Shown here in pieces: positions 15,007 through 15,845 of a stretch of 15,845 bases of DNA; the stretch's first letter is position 1, and the number at the start of each line of letters is the position of its first letter. The notes under the pieces were generated by a model. It saw only the letters and a list, made by a program, of their open reading frames with translations. It searched no databases and was not told where the DNA came from. Origin of the DNA: Candidatus Eiseniibacteriota bacterium (GTDB taxonomy: Bacteria; Eisenbacteria; RBG-16-71-46; DASYSL01); assembly GCA_031431875.1 (NCBI GenBank), contig JANPEF010000104.1, forward strand, positions 1-15,845. The letters run 5' to 3'. Position numbers and translations under genes: made by a program.

Positions 15007-15696
15007 ATGACGTGGATTTTAGGCGTGGCTAGCCTGCTGTTCGCTTCCGGACAGGCTTGGGCCGCGGAACCTGGAAAGAGTTGCGGCGTCCGACTGTCTG
15101 TCTTGGAGGCATTCAACCTGACGGGTGATCCCGCCTACGTGCCACCGGCGCTGAACTCCCTTCTGGTGCGGACGCTGTCGGGCGAGTCGCACGGCGAGTT
15201 CATCGAGGCGAACAGCGGGATTGGCATTGGACGGGTTCGAGCCCGGAAGAACCCAATCCGATTGGCCGATCTAGGCGAGGGATGCAGCGATTCGATTTCC
15301 ATCGCGGTCGATCTGGAGCAGTCCTATTACGGAGTCCTGGCGGATCCAGGGAAGGCTGTCTCCGGATACGCAGCGCTCGGGATCTTGGGAGTAATTCTTG
15401 GGGATGGGGCGACGGGGGCGGCGCTAGTCCAGCTCCGTGCAATCGTACGATTCGGTGCCGACTCTGACTCCGTCGCGCTCACGTCTGTTGGACTACTGGA
15501 AGTTGATCTTGAGAAAGCGCCGCGACGTTTTGCGATGCGACGCGCGATGTCGAGGGCATTACACCAACTTGGGTATCGGATCTCGGAGGCGGTGGACCGA
15601 CGGCTAAAGCTGGGGCTCGAGCCGCGCAGTGTCTCAATGACGCCTGAAAAGTACTTCGAACTTCTGGACCGCGACGAAGGGCTGCCTGCGAAGTGA
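15007..15696 (+). CDS. Exported hypothetical protein with atypical codon usage (alternative start 14959)
   Basis: MTWILGVASLLFASGQAWA-AEP resembles a signal peptide with an AxA cleavage site. Many A/T-ending codons (TTA, CTA, GGA, ATT) contrast with the flanking genes. Confidence 0.65.
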   Translation: MTWILGVASLLFASGQAWAAEPGKSCGVRLSVLEAFNLTGDPAYVPPALNSLLVRTLSGESHGEFIEANSGIGIGRVRARKNPIRLADLGEGCSDSISIAVDLEQSYYGVLADPGKAVSGYAALGILGVILGDGATGAALVQLRAIVRFGADSDSVALTSVGLLEVDLEKAPRRFAMRRAMSRALHQLGYRISEAVDRRLKLGLEPRSVSMTPEKYFELLDRDEGLPAK

Positions 15697-15702
15697 GACT
15701 GA

Positions 15703-15845
15703 TCACTCCCCGATGATCTTCACCAGCACGCGCTTGTCGCGCATGCCGTCGAACTCGCCGTAGAAGATCTGCTCCCACGTCCCGAAGTCGAGCTTGCCCG
15801 CGGTGATCGCGACGACCACCTCGCGTCCCATGACCTGGCGGCGCA
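15703..15845 (-). CDS. yjbQ: YjbQ/UPF0047 secondary thiamine-phosphate synthase family protein, 3' part only
   Basis: Not in the ORF track because its start is outside the window. It reads [46 protein letters not shown]. Confidence 0.9.
   Translation of the reverse strand, partial: RRQVMGREVVVAITAGKLDFGTWEQIFYGEFDGMRDKRVLVKIIGE

Overview
High-GC bacterial chromosomal region made mostly of housekeeping genes. In order: a DUF3052-like gene divergent from selA-smc-ftsY; a secreted hypothetical protein divergent from radC; a small 4xCxxC zinc-binding orphan; a minus-strand cluster of an FHA-GAF-PP2C(SpoIIE) phosphatase, queG and a Lon-N domain protein; a zinc-ribbon Nudix hydrolase; mqnD; an atypical-composition exported orphan; and the 3' end of yjbQ. 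No CRISPR array, tRNA/rRNA or intact mobile element is visible. The most interesting signals are non-coding. (1) A ~350-nt multi-hairpin RNA candidate behind a sigma70-like promoter between the Nudix gene and mqnD, in which two different stems carry the same 17-nt apical motif GACTTCGGGGGGAGCCA. (2) A promoter, UUCG hairpin and GAAA terminator small RNA directly upstream of a dead NYN/LabA-DUF88 RNase fragment, resembling an RNA-antitoxin module. (3) A closed multibranch RNA-like fold at the left edge. (4) A terminator that hides the mqnD Shine-Dalgarno sequence. (5) Several apparently leaderless genes, symmetric divergent promoters and a probable CTG start for queG. All protein calls come from motif recognition by eye and all RNA folds were paired by hand; no searches or folding programs were run.
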